From: Sminthopsis crassicaudata
Taxonomy: Eukaryota
Length of the DNA: 64,000 nucleotides
Assembly: GCF_048593235.1 (NCBI RefSeq)
Contig: NC_133617.1
Coordinates: 488,292,958-488,356,957 of the forward strand
Direction of reading: 5' to 3'
How positions within the stretch are numbered: position 1 is the first letter of the stretch; the number at the start of each line of letters is the position of its first letter. The position numbers and the translations under genes are program-made. The notes under the pieces were generated by a model. That model was not told where the DNA came from. It did no database searches and saw only the letters and a list, made by a program, of their open reading frames with translations. Shown here one piece after another: positions 37,020 to 50,266 of the stretch.

Positions 37020-37602
37020 TGGGCAACTAGATGGTGTAGCAGATAGAACACCAGGCCTGGAGTGAGGAAGAATCTTCTTCCTGAGTCTGAGGCCTCAAAT
37101 ACTTACTAACTGTGTGACCTTAGCACGTCCCTTAATGCTGTTTGCCTTAGCTCCATCTGTAAAATGAGCTACAGAAGGAAATGGCTAACCTTTGCAGATC
37201 TGCTAAGAAATCCCCCAAAATGATCATGGAAAATTAGACATGACTGAAAAAAACCCCCAAAAAAACAACAACTAAAAACATCCATTTTTAAAAAATCACC
37301 TCTTTCCCCAAATATTTCTCTCCTCTGTTCAGAAGGGACACGTTTCATAATAAAGAAGTCAAAACATTTTTTTAAAGCAATTCAATCAAACTGCTATACA
37401 CATGAATTAGGACTGACTTTACAATATATAATGTTCCAAAACCATTGTTCCTCATTTTTTGTTTATTTGCAAGGTGTTTGAGGTGAAATGACTTGCCCAT
37501 GGTCATATAGCTGGGAAGTGTTAGGTATCTGAGGTCAGATTTGAATTTAGGACCTCCTGACTCCAAGACAAGTGCTCTATCCACTGCAACATTTAGCTGC
37601 CC
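37020..37602. mobile_element. MAR1-like SINE (+, about 37020..37275) and older WSINE1-like SINE (-, about 37455..37602)
   Basis: SINE head and core motifs. Confidence 0.75.
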
Positions 37603-38714
37603 ATCCTATTTTCTTCCAACTCAAGTTTGGTCTTTATAATAATTACATAGCATTCTTTTTGTTGTTCTCTATGTTGTTGTGTTTATCATGTTTTTTGCTT
37701 ACTTCACTTTTCAGAACTTCCATAAGTCCATGCTTTTTTGAATTCTTCCATAATCATCATCCTTTCTGACAGCATGGAAATATCCTATTATGTTCCCATA
37801 TCAAACTGTACTATGGTTTGTTTAATCATTTCTCAGTCAGTGGACATCTATCTATCTTATTTCCGGTTTCTTGCTACTACAGAAAATGTTGCCTTGAATA
37901 GTTTATTGTTTATGAGACATTTCTTTCTGTCTTTAATCTTCTTGGGATACATATGTATCTAGCAGTGGAATGTCTGGGTCTAATTGCTTAGACTTATAAT
38001 AGCTTTCTGACTTTTGTTCCTGCCTCCATTCCCTGTAGTTTATCAGTGAGTTCTAATGTACCATTCAGATCATATTACTCTCTTCCTTGTTATTCCCCTT
38101 CTTAAACAAAACAAAACACTTCAGTGGCTTTCCATTGCCTATTAAATAAAATATAAACTCCTGATCTTGTGATGCTCTTCACAACCAACCTTTCCAGCCT
38201 GATTTGTTAATACACTAAATATCCACATTCTAGCTAAATTGTAGAACTCTATTCAGATCTCTTTTCTCTGTGTATTGGAATGGCCTCCTTTTCTCCCTGG
38301 TTCTACAAAAGAAAGATCCATCTTTTCTTTCCCTCAAAGTTCATGTCAGAGACTGTCTCATCCATTCATCTATGAAGTTTTCTGTAATTATTCCTCCACC
38401 TCTTCCCTTTCTTTAATGAAAACAATCTCTCCTGCTTCAAATTTCTCTTAACATTTAGTCCACTCTTTTTTTCTCTAATGAGACATATGCTAATATCAGT
38501 CACATATTTATTCTTTACTTTCCCATAACATGTTATCAGTTCCTGGAGATCAGGCATTGAATCAGATTCAATGTATATAATCAGTTTTTATGCTTAATTA
38601 GTGCTTATCCATTTGAGTCAAGGAAGTTTCCAATAACACTGTTGGACAAAATATTTCTTGCTGATATCCACTTTCTAGTCCACTTTAGTTTACTTCTAGA
38701 AAACTTGGGTCATC

Positions 38715-38878
38715 AGGGGGCTGCTAGGTGGCACAGTGGATAGAGCACCAGCCCTGAAGTCAGGAGTACCTGAGTTCAAATTTGGTCTCAGATACTTAAC
38801 ACTTCCTGGCTGTGTGACCCTGGGCAAGTCACTTAACCCCAATTGCCTCAGGAAAAAAAAAAAGAAAGAAAAGAAAAG
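38715..38878 (+). mobile_element. WSINE1-like SINE (young)
   Basis: Perfect 14-bp TSD aaacttgggtcatc (38701..38714 and 38879..38892). Confidence 0.9.
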
Positions 38879-38949
38879 AAACTTGGGTCATCTTTTAAAG
38901 CTGCAAGGATTTTTCCCGAACATCTTGCTTAATCTCATTTTACAGAGGA

Positions 38950-39750
38950 GAAAGTTGTTATCCTTTGTAGTTAAAGGGGACCAAAATGACATCATTTTGA
39001 TGGGGTCACAGTGCAGTGTGTTTTTCTATGACAGATCAGACGAGTAAAAGCTCAGAAGGTTCTACCATAGGTTGGGCATATATGTTCTGTGTGAACATTT
39101 GGAATGGAGATGTCTCTAAATTTGTACTTCTCGTGTTTCGAGCTATTGCAATTCTGTTTTGCTTATGGATCACAGTTCCTTCTTTGTTGTAGGCACGGCC
39201 TGGTGGGCAGTCCTGTGCCATTGTCTCATGTCTCACATAATTACTGCCCTATGCAGTAATCAATTCCGAAGTTCTTCAGAGAGACCTTGGGAGTGTCCTT
39301 ATACCCCTTCTGACCTCCATGTGAGCTCCTGTGAGTTCTCTCCAAAATAGTCTTTTAGGCAAATTTATATTTGGCATTTGAACAAAAAGGCCAGCCCATC
39401 AGAGTTTGAAGGTTTGGCAGTTCAGCTCTAGAAAAGACCTCAGTGTCCAGTATTTTATCCTGCCAGGGGATCTTCAATCTTCCTATGACAATTAAAATGG
39501 AAGTGATTCAGTTTTCTGGTATGGTGTTGATCTACTGTCCAGATTTCACAGGTACACAACAATGAGGTCAGCATAGGGGCTCCATAGATCTTCAGTTTGG
39601 TAGGCAGCCTAATACCACTTCTCTCCCACGCTTTTCATCAGAACTTTTCAAACACTGAGCAGCTTAGCAATGCATGTATCAATCTCAGCATGTGTACATG
39701 CCTAGAAAGCATGCTTCCAACTAAGAGAGGGACATAGTGAGTTGATGAAA
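38950..39750 (-). mobile_element. RTE-clade LINE relic (ORF C-terminal part)
   Basis: Minus-strand translation with stops gives RLPTKLKIY..MLTSLLCTCEIWTV..HTRKLNHFH..C.RKI..WQDKILDTEV..RAEL, typical of RTE ORF2. Confidence 0.8.
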
Positions 39751-41669
39751 GGAGCTGGGATTAGTACCCCAGGACACAAATTAAAAAAAAAATTATCAAT
39801 ATATTTTGTTTTATATAACTGCATTTTCTTTTTTTAAAAAATTGTTCTGAATGTAATAAACATCAAGTAAAATGAGTATTACTACATAAACAGTAGAATA
39901 GAAAGAGAATTGTACATGAAAGCTGTATTATGTGCAACTTGCTTTCTTTTTTAAGTAATCAAAACAAATCCTTTAAAACAAATACATATTGTCAAGGAAA
40001 ACGAATTTACATTGTCTTTGACCCTAAATATATGTCTCATTCTGCATTTTGAGTCCATCACTTCTATGTGAGAGTTATCACCTTCATTTTCTAAGTATGT
40101 CACTCCTCAGAGAATTATTGTTTGTAACATAGAATAAAAGTGTGGGTGAGGGAGAAGTAGGTTAGCAAAACTAACTAGTATATCAACCAAGCTTGATGAG
40201 GTGTTCCATGGAAACCAGGTCTTTTAACTCCTGGTCCAATGCTTTTTCTAGAATTAGATGTTTAGTACTGAAGACAGGGCTTGGGGACATAGTTATTAGT
40301 TCTCATCCTGAGTTCTGATAAGGGTGAACAGAAGAAGCAGTGGCTTCAGGACTAAGACTGAGAAGCAGCATGATATAGTGACTTGGAGTTAGGGACATCT
40401 GGTTTAAATGTTATCTTAGATTGTTCTGTGACTTAAGGCAAATTTTGTCTCTGAGCACCTGCAAAATGAAGGGAGCTGGAGTCAGTGAAGTCTAAGGTAC
40501 TTTCTAGTTCTAAATCTGTGTTCTTATGCCTGTGGTGGATGGCGACAAGATAGCCCAGTTTTAAATACGATTTATTTTCTCATCATCCCTCAACATTTTT
40601 AATGCTTGGGTGGTGATGGCAGAGGGGTTGTCCTAAGGAGAAAGACCAGGTGACTGAGAGATATCCATATGGGGCATGGTAGGAACTACTGTTATGTTAC
40701 TATAGATTACGAGAATTGAAGTCCAGGGAAGTCTCACAATGGCAGGGAGACCTCAGCGGATTTTAAAGATGAGAGCCAGAAGTGAAGTTAAAATAATTGG
40801 GCAGTAATGATCTGGCATCTGGGTAAAAAGAAGCCAGGCAACAGATGCAGAACACCAGTAAGAAGAAAGAGCTGAATGTCATACTCAAGCATCCCCTTTG
40901 TGGCCAATTCCTCCTCAGATGTCTCATCGTGGCATGGAAGTAATCCTAGGTCTTTAAAATCCCTGCTTGGTTAGTGCAAATCTTGTAAAATTCTACTACA
41001 CTGGAAAGTCCCCCAGGATGGGTCTATTGACAGATTGTCTATCCATGGGACAGAGATTGGACTGGCCAACTTTGGAGAGGTTCACAGGCAAAAGGCTGGC
41101 CAAAGGGCCATGAAGACTATGTACTGTGTTATGAAGAAGTTGTAATTGATATTGTTAAAAGGAGCACCCACAACATCCCCGTTAGGGATCTTGTCAAATA
41201 TTAGCAGTGCTGTGGAGTAGTGCAGAAAGCAGGCCTCAAAACCAGAAAATCCTGGGTTCAGGCCCTGCCTCTGACAAAAATTGGCTGTGTGATCTGGGGC
41301 AGGTTACTATCTGTCTCATTCAGTGTTCTAGGTAATTATTTCAGATTGTATAGTGAATAAAAGATGCTGACCAGTATTGATTAAGGGAGTTTCCTAAACC
41401 AGTAAAATTCAGATCTAGTCCCTATCCTTGAAATACTGACCAGTCCCCTAAGAGACTTCTTCACAAAGGTCTGTATGGGTGGTCCTGTATAACTACATAT
41501 TATAATTTATAATTTATATTTACATGTATAGTTTATTTGATATAAACTGTGTAAGCCAGTGTTACTTTTAAGTATAATTACATATGTATGTACATATATG
41601 TAATTTATATGATGTAAATATGTGTGGACCACTGTTTTAATTATTTCTAATTATGTATGTGATATATAC

Positions 41670-41672
<3 letters not shown>

Positions 41673-41708
<36 letters not shown>
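41673..41708. repeat. (TG)n microsatellite within an AT-rich low-complexity block
   Basis: Direct observation. Confidence 0.95.
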
Positions 41709-41710
<2 letters not shown>

Positions 41711-43479
41711 CTCTCACTTTTAAGTATTTATAATTATATATGTAGTTTCTAAATGTGTGTGTGGACCAGTATTTTAAATATTTATAAGTTTTATATATAT
41801 GGGGGGGTAGGTCACTGTTATTTTTAAGTCTGTTTCTGTAGATAAGCAAATATACACAGAGAGATATGTTTTCTTTTTTAAAAAAATCTCATTTTAGGGA
41901 CATGTTCTATGTTTGGGGACAGTCTATAGTCACTCCCCAGCTACATTCTTATAAATGTTCTGCCTTCCTATTAATCTGTTTGCTTGATCCTTGCTCTGTC
42001 AAAGAATCACAAAATTACGTAGTTGGATGGGTCTTTGGAGGCTATTGGATTCAATCCATGCTTGGATATTAACCCTTTCTGCTACTTTCCAACAAATGGT
42101 CTTCCAGTCTTTGCTTGAAGGCCTTCAGTGATAGAGAAAACTCCTTGCTTCCCAGGACAGCACATTGCACTTTTTTGGGCCAACTCTAATTGTTAGGAAA
42201 TTGTTTCTTTATTTCATGTTGACATTTTTCCTTCTGCAGTTTCCGTGGGTTGTCCTCCAGAGCCAGGAAAAACAGATCTACAAAATAGCCCTTCAAATAT
42301 TTTTAAAGAACTTTTTTTTTTATAGAACTCTTTAAACTGGACAAAAGAAGACTTCCAACATGCCAAACATCTTCAGTTCCTCTAACTGCTTCTGCTGCAT
42401 GGTTTCTAATTTCTCCTAGCCTGGTCATCTACCTCTACTCTGCTCTGGCCTTCTAAAGGCTGACTCCCAGAACTAAGGGTGGCCTGCCGTACTAGGGCAG
42501 AGGAAGGTGGTTTTGGGAGGCTGTTCAGTAGTCGTTCTTCGGTCTTATGCTTCACTAATGGAGCCTGAGATGGCACTGGGTTTTCTGACTGCCATGTCAT
42601 GCTATTGGGTACATATACACATACGTGCCATTTTGTGTGTCATCACTGAATTTCACTCTGATTTATTTTCACATGAATCATTTGTCTAGCTCCTTTTCAC
42701 CAATCCCATACCTCATCTCATTGAGCTTAAGGGGATGGGACTTGGCAATTGGAGTTAAGTGACTTGCTTAGGGTCACACCTTCACAGATGTTCCCAAGAA
42801 TAACTAACAGTTCTATAGGTCTCCTGGCGTAAAAGTTATCAAGGCTTGGATAAGACCCTTCATCCCCACTCCAGCCTGGACTTTCCATCTGTTAGATTTT
42901 CTTTCCTATTTAATCAACCCTCATTCTTCATTGTCTCCTTCATTTCATGCATTTTTCCAAATACAGGCCAAACCCTTAAAATGAGAAAAGAAAATAGAGC
43001 TTTTAGCAATAATAGACATAGAATAGAGCATTAAATCAGGCATCAGGAAGAGAGACTTCAACTCCTGCCTTGACCATTTACTACCTGTGTGACCATTGGC
43101 AAATCCCTCTCTGAAACTCCGGCTACTCTCTTAGATTGCTTTGTTAATTTTTTTATTATTTTTTTTTTTTTCTGTTTGATATCAGGAATGGAAGAAATCA
43201 AATATCCTTGATTTTTTTATTTTTTTAGAAGTTCCTAACTTTTTTTCTGTCATGGACTCATGAATCCTTAGATTGTTAAATCTAAATGTATACTGTTAAA
43301 TGTATGACTATATTTAAATATAGCTGTCAAAATACATTTAAAAAAACCAACACATTTGCAGACTACAAATTAAGAGTTCCTGATTACAATAAGGTATTTA
43401 CTTAGGTCTCTTCCTCCAGTATATGTATTCTTTTTTCCAGTCCAAACTAGGAAAGACACACTCCTGTGTATTTTGTCTA

Positions 43480-44640
43480 TTCCTTTCTGTAAATCCTTCA
43501 TAGAGAATTTGCTGCCAACATAACAGAAGATTTTAGGGTTTGTTTGTATCCCTCCAAATCTTTTGACATTGCCTACATAGTAGGAGTAAAACATGTGGGA
43601 TGTCTATGGATTATCCTTTGCTCTTGTCATATGACTGACTCATCTCAGTTTCTGGACACATGTTTCTGTGATGAAATCCTTTATGCTGTTACTTTTGGAC
43701 AATTCTTCATTGGTCATATTGGTAATAGTTATTTAGATCTCTTCACAGGTCGCTTCATTGTTCCATGACTGACCTACAACTTAAATTTTTTGGATACTGT
43801 GGCATGACATGATCTCTGGAAGAATATTGGTGTTTAAAAAACACAGACTTTTGCATCTGGAGTTTGGAGTCATTGAAAACATTGTAATTTCTCAAATTCA
43901 ATCCCAGCCTATTGTCTTCCTGATCTAGTTTAAGCACAGTATGTGACACATAGTAAATGGTTATTGGATGTTTCTTTTTTGGAGGAGGGTATTTTTTTTT
44001 TTTTTTTGTTTCTTTGGGTTTTTTTAAAGGCAGTTGAAGTTAAGTGACTTGCCCAAGATCATACAGCTACTCAGTGTCAAGTACCTGAGGCCACATTTGA
44101 ACTCAGGTCCTCCTGACTTCGGCCAGTGCTCTGTCCCTTGTGCCATCTAGCTGCCCTATTGAATGTTTCTTGATCAATTTGGTTCATCCAAAGCATCTAT
44201 CCAAGAAACCTGTTCAGAAGGACCGGCTTTGTGATCTCTCCATCCAACTGCATGTCTGTGGGCAATGAGATACTCTTCATCTACTTGATTTGTTAAGTTT
44301 AGATAATTGTACCGAACTCCCTTAATTATGGATCTCTTTTAGGAAGTTCTTAAACATTCCTTACCTTGATGTAATTTGCATGATATTGTTGGCAAACAGA
44401 AACATAGAGAGGACCTTGCCATGTATTAAGATTCCTCTTCCATTTCAGTTTCACTGAGAATCTTCTTTGACAGAGGCAAACACTCTAGGCAAGCCTTTCT
44501 CTCCCTGTTCTATGCCTCATTTAGTGATTAGAGGATCATGGAGCAAAGTTCTCTATTGTTGTATCTTTCAAGGAATCTTGTATTAAGTTTATAATAAGAA
44601 AAATAACTAACATCTAATTAAATTTGTCATGACAAGTTTT
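43480..44640 (-). mobile_element. Ancient RTE-like LINE RT relic, interrupted by L2 tail and a WSINE1-like SINE (43977..44156)
   Basis: Decayed motifs GIEQGEKGLPRVFASVKED (compare GVKQGD..SPKVF) and LFANNI (compare LFADDI). The SINE TSD is tattg(g/a)atgtttctt. Confidence 0.6.
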
Positions 44641-45769
44641 AATCCAGGAATGTGGAAAAATTTAGAGTATTGAAGTTATGGAAAATTGGGATTTTAAAAA
44701 AGCTGAATAGGAAGAAGAAGATAACACTAATAGACAGGTAATTCTCATGGCTTCCCTTATTCTGCTCCTAAGACAATACCTCATTAAGCTGTAGAGCTTG
44801 GAAATCCCCACTACCTCATGGGATCCAATTATTTGCTTTGAGAGGAACCCTGGAGATCATCTGTCTGTGAGTGGGAGGCAAATGCCAGCTACTTGTTCAT
44901 TAGAACAAGGCACAGATTTTTTGGGGAGGGCGCTGCCAGGACATCCTCTCCTCCTTCTCCTTCTCTATTGGATTTCTCCAGCCTGGGAAAGCCTGAGAAG
45001 GGAGGTAGAATTTCTAAATTCTGCAGCAGACTTCTGAATTTCCAAGGGAATAGGTGAAGGGATTAACGCAAGTCACTGATCATGCCTGCAAAAGGATGTC
45101 TGTTTCTTTGACCTTGTGCCAACAGCATCAGCAAGATCCACCATAGGCCCTTCCAATGTGGTTATCCTGGGAGGGAGACCGTTTCTCCTGGTTGAACTGC
45201 CATTGCAAAGATCATCATCAGTAATAAAGACTATCAATCATTAACAAAAATGATCATCATCATCAATAATAATATCTAACATTTACAAAGCATTTGCCAA
45301 GTGACTTACAATTGTTATCTCATTTGATCCTCACAACAATCCTGGAAGGTTGATACTGTTATCTCTATTTTACAGGTGAGGAAATCAAGACAAACAGGGT
45401 TAAATGACTTGTTCAGGGTCACCCAGCTAGTAAGTGTTAGAGGCTGGATTTGAACTCTGGCCTTCCTGACTCCAGCCCCAGTGGTATATCCACCGTATCC
45501 ACTCCTTAAGATCCAAGTTCAGCTTTCGTCTCTGCTGCTTAGGTGTGTGTGTGACTAAATCAAATAACTTATTCTCTAGAACTTAGCTTCCTCATCTGTA
45601 AAATGAGGGGTTAAGACTTGGTCTCTGGGGCCCTGCCAGCTCAGAATCCATGATCCTGTGACTTAGTAGCCACATGACCTTGGGCAAGCATTTTCCCTTC
45701 TCACCCACAAAATGTGGAAGTTGGACCAGAGAACCTCTAAGTTCTATATTCTAGGAGCTGAATCTGATC

Positions 45770-46170
45770 CTGGTTGTTGTCCTTTGTTCTTGAAGAGACC
45801 AAAATGACATCACTGTGTTAGAGTCAAGTTACAGCATGTCTAACTTTGGCTGATCAGACCAGTAGAGTTGGAATGCTCCGCCATAGGTCGGACACAAAAT
45901 AGTCCCTATGAACATTTGGAGTGGACTTTCTAACTTTGTGCATCTCCTGTTTCTTTTGAGCTAATCAATTCTGCTTCTCTTGCCATGCTGGGAGGTCCTG
46001 TGCCAGTGTTCCCCATGTCATTTAGAATCAATTCTAAAGTTCTTAAGAGAGACCTTGAGAGTGTCCTTGAATTCCTTTTTCTGACCACCTTGTGAGCGCT
46101 TGTACTGTCTGAGTTCTCTACAAAATAATCTTTTTGGCAAGGGTACATTTGGCATTCGAACACTATAGCC
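45770..46170 (-). mobile_element. RTE 3' end fragment
   Basis: Homologous to 38950..39400 and has a (CAA)n-like tail (gttgttgtcc on the plus strand). Confidence 0.75.
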
Positions 46171-47334
46171 AGGGGAGTTGTACTCTCTGCAGATGGGTCA
46201 CAGATGAGATGTGGGAAACAGGAGCAGCTTCTGTGGACTAGTACAGTGATTAAAATGTGTTTGGCTGTAACTTCTCTGCTTCTGGTGAAGCTCTGCTCTC
46301 TCTGCTTTGGCTTTTCTGCTTGTTTCCCTGTGGAGCCTGTTCTCTTTCCTTCCCATTTTCCTTTTTTAAAAAATTGGCTCAACTTGCACTTCTTTTGTTC
46401 TTCTCATTTGCAATTTCATTCTTTATAGTGAAGGGAGTTCTTGGATTAACAACCTGGTTTTATTTGTTTGGTTGTTTCCTGTTCTGGTGATGCCTGGGAA
46501 AACAGCATATTTTTCAGATGCTCTTAAAGGTCTATTTACAGACCATTGAGTGTTTCTGGATGTATGCCTAGCTCTTTAGACCTCTGCTCTATGTGTGAAG
46601 ATCCCTTTGCCTGTTTTTATTAAGCTTATTGAACACTAAATTTAATTAATTTTCTTTCTTTTATTCATTTTCCTCAATTGAATTAATGTTAACTGTTACA
46701 AAGTAAATATTTCCTGAGCTTCCCATCTTTGCCTTTATACTTTGAATGCTACGGCCCAACAGTGCTTTTGCCTTGAGATGCCAAATGCCTTTAAAAGAAG
46801 GAAGCAACACGATTTAGAGAAAGATCACTGGACTGGGAATCACTTTTGGCTCCATCATTGGCAGGTCATGGGATCTCTGAAAAGAAACAAATAAGAATAG
46901 AAGTTTCTTTACCTTTCTGTACCACTTATTTTTATTTGATTTTAGAATATAATAAACTAATTGTGGTGAGTATCCCTGCCTATCATGTAGGAAACCAGGA
47001 TTCAGTTCCCTGATGGGAAATCAGAGGTAGCCAAGTGGCTAACAAATAGAGCACTGGGCATAGAGTCAGGAATATCTGAGTTCAAATCTAGCCTTAGACA
47101 CATACTAGTGATATGATCCTGGGCAAGTCACTTACATAATGTCTGCATCAGTTTTGTCATCTGTGAAAAGGAGTAATAAGCCCTCCCTCATGGGACTGCT
47201 ATGATGACCATTTGAGATAACTGCAAACTGTAAAGCACTACATAAATGCTACTTATTATTACCATTAGTACTTTTGTTTTTTTAACACCACAAATATATC
47301 TCAATATTCTTCTCTCTTTTCACAAAGAGAACTT

Positions 47335-47340
<6 letters not shown>

Positions 47341-47408
<68 letters not shown>
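47341..47408. repeat. (TA)n microsatellite
   Basis: Direct observation. Confidence 0.95.
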
Positions 47409-47416
<8 letters not shown>

Positions 47417-48122
47417 TACCCCAAAGGAAGCAGAGAGGAGTTACGTATAGATCTGTAGAAAGATAGAATGCCAAACTTCATTGTCAAATGAATATTGATC
47501 ATTGACTTTAATTTTTTGCCATGATGTTGTTTTCATTTGTTATTATTATGTGTTTATTATGTGGTTATACACACACACACACACACACACTTTCACTGAT
47601 TCTGCTTTTTTTTTTTCACCCTGCTATAGCTCAAATGAAGTAATTTGATGTTTCTCTTTAGATAGAAAGGACTTTAGTCCTTATATTCATTATTTCTTTT
47701 GATGGAATAATATTCCTTTACATTAATATACTTCCAATTTTTTTAAGTCATTGGCTATTTGATGGGTACCTAGTTTTTTTGTTTGTTTGCTACCAAAATA
47801 AAAAGTGCTGCTATGGATATTTTGGAATAAATATTACCTTTCTATGATTAAGCTCCTTAGGATGTATGTTCATTAGTGGAATCACAGGGTCACAGAGTAT
47901 GATCAGTGAAGTGATTTCTTTTGAATAATTTTAGATTGTTTTCCAGAACAAACTGGACCAATTTATAACTGCCAAAAACAAAAACAAAAAAACCCCATTA
48001 ATGTGTCTGCTTCTACATAGTCTCTTCAAATGGACAATTTGTTATTTTATCATCTTCCTAAGTTAAATGAGTATGAGATGAATCCTCAATTGTTTTTATT
48101 TTCTCTTATTATTAACAATTTG

Positions 48123-48625
48123 GAGGCAGTTGGTGGCACAGTGGATAGAACAGAAGGGCTGGAGTTAGGAAGACCTGAATTCCAGTTCAGTCCTACACAA
48201 GCTGTGTGACTCTAGCCAAGTAATTTAACTTTGTTTGCCTTGATGTTCTCAACTGTAAAATGGGAATAATAAAAACGCTTGCTTCCCTGTATTGCTATGA
48301 GGATCAAATAAGATAAATAGTTGAAAAGCACTTAGCACAGTGGTAGGTGCTATATAAGTCCACAATCCCTTCCCTTTTACTTCCTGGAGCATTTTGTATT
48401 GATTTATGGTTTGAAATTATTCTTTTGAATAATTCACATTCTCTAACCATTTATCCATTAGGGAATGCCAATTCCATATATATATAGGGAGAGGGCAATT
48501 GGGGTTAAGTGACTTGCTCAGGATCACACAATTAGGAAGCATTAAGTGTCTGAGGGTGGATTTGAACTCAGGATCGTCTGACTTCAAGATCAGCGCTCTG
48601 TCCACTGCACTATCCTAGCTGCCCC
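48123..48625. mobile_element. MIR-like SINE (+, about 48123..48380) and WSINE1-like SINE (-, about 48492..48625)
   Basis: SINE motifs. Confidence 0.75.
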
Positions 48626-48951
48626 TTCTAAACCTTTAAGTCATAGACAAATAGTCAGTCTGCATTGGTCAGGAAGCTTCCACTGACCCACAGGTATGGA
48701 TTTCCCCATGGAAAAAAAACTAAATTATTATCTGAGATGCAAAGTTTTTTTCCCTCTCAGCAGTAGCTCTTTTTATTCTAGGAGTACTGATTTTATTGAT
48801 CCATTGCTTTATTATTTTATTCCATCTTGGTTCTCTCCTTTGTGATTGATCTCTTGTTTGTACATGAAGGGGATTGGAGGAGAGGCCCTCTTGGATCCCT
48901 GGTTCTGGATTCTTCCTCCTTGCTAACCCTCTGATTGTTTTCCTCCACCAG

Positions 48952-49773
48952 ATCCCAGGCACGGCCCCTGAGCCTCCTGCAGACCCAGCCCGGCCTCACG
49001 CGTGTCCTGAATGTGGCCGCGCCTTTGCCCGCCGCTCCACCCTGGCCAAGCACGCCCGCACCCATACTGGCGAGCGCCCCTTCCCTTGCCCAGAGTGTGG
49101 GCGCCGCTTCTCCCAGAAATCTGCGCTCACCAAGCACGGCCGCACCCACACAGGCGAACGGCCCTATGCCTGCCCCGAGTGTGAGAAGCGCTTTTCCGCC
49201 GCCTCGAACTTGAGGCAGCACCGACGCCGGCACACGGGAGAGAAGCCCTATGCGTGCCCCCAGTGTGGGCGCCGGTTTGCCCAGAGCTCCAACTACGCGC
49301 AGCATCTCCGCGTGCACACTGGTGAAAAGCCCTACACCTGCCCAGACTGTGGGCGTGGCTTTGGGGGCAGCTCCTGCTTGGCCAGGCATAGGCGCACCCA
49401 CACTGGCGAGCGACCCTACTCCTGCCCCGAGTGCGGGACCAGGTTTGCCCAGAGCTCAGCCCTGGCCAAGCACCGGCGCGTACACACCGGGGAGAAGCCC
49501 CACCGCTGCCAGGTGTGTGGCCGCGGCTTTGGCCACCGCTCCAACCTGGCGGAGCACGCCCGCACCCACACCGGTGAGCGGCCCTACCCCTGCCCAGAGT
49601 GTGGCCGCCGCTTTCGCCTCAGCTCCCATTTCATCCGGCACCGGCGGGCCCACTTGCGGAGGCGGCTTTACATCTGCGAGGGCTGTGGCCGTGGCTTCAA
49701 GCTAGCCTCTGGTGTGGGCAGAGTGGGGGGCAATGAGAGAACCGACCGGTGCCCTGAGTGTGAGGGAAGCTGA
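48952..49773 (+). CDS. ZNF771: ZNF771 zinc-finger exon (8 C2H2 fingers); spliced product 325 aa
   Basis: Acceptor ttttcctccaccag|ATC at 48951, phase 0. Fingers [10 protein letters not shown]...[10 protein letters not shown] and the C-terminus RCPECEGS match ZNF771. Confidence 0.95.
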   Translation: MPGTAPEPPADPARPHACPECGRAFARRSTLAKHARTHTGERPFPCPECGRRFSQKSALTKHGRTHTGERPYACPECEKRFSAASNLRQHRRRHTGEKPYACPQCGRRFAQSSNYAQHLRVHTGEKPYTCPDCGRGFGGSSCLARHRRTHTGERPYSCPECGTRFAQSSALAKHRRVHTGEKPHRCQVCGRGFGHRSNLAEHARTHTGERPYPCPECGRRFRLSSHFIRHRRAHLRRRLYICEGCGRGFKLASGVGRVGGNERTDRCPECEGS

Positions 49774-50260
49774 GGATGGAGAAACTGGGGGGCTGGCACA
49801 TATATCCCTTGGAAAGGGATAGGGGAAGAGCAGGAGAGAAGGCCCCCACTCCCCAAGGTGGAGGAGCAGTGAGAGAGATTCCTCTCCACCCTACGGGGAG
49901 AACTCTGGGAGGAGAAGTTTCTGCAACTGTCCCAGGAAGCCAGTGTTAAAAGCAGCACACTGTCTCCAGAAGGCCCCTAGAATATTCTAAAGGAATGGAG
50001 CAGCTCTGAAAAGCCCCTGCCCTCCAACCCTGCCTACCTGGGTCTTTTCCTTTCTTCTCAGTGAGTTTCTTACTACTTTTCAAATGTAGAATTGAACAGA
50101 GAAAGGTGGGAACCAGCTTGAAGAAAGAACTGGGGAGCCATGTGCCCAGGGCTCCCAGGGATGCTTCCAGCCTAGGGGAGGAGGAGGTTAGGGGCTCCTG
50201 TTATCTGGAGGAACTAGCCCCCCCTCCTATGTCCTATACACATTGGGGCCTGTGTTCGTG

Positions 50261-50266
50261 AATAAA
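50261..50266 (+). terminator. ZNF771: ZNF771 polyadenylation signal
   Basis: AATAAA followed by GU-rich gttatgtcttgtgatgtgtc. Confidence 0.75.

Noticed and set aside
48874-48951. N-terminal extension MEERPSW... of the 299-aa ORF
   Set aside because: It is intronic polypyrimidine tract. The true exon starts at 48952 and splices to the conserved exon at 29494..29649.
48817-49705. 194-aa antisense ORF and 151-aa alternative-frame ORF over ZNF771
   Set aside because: Shadow frames of a GC3-rich zinc-finger exon, with no independent splice or promoter support.
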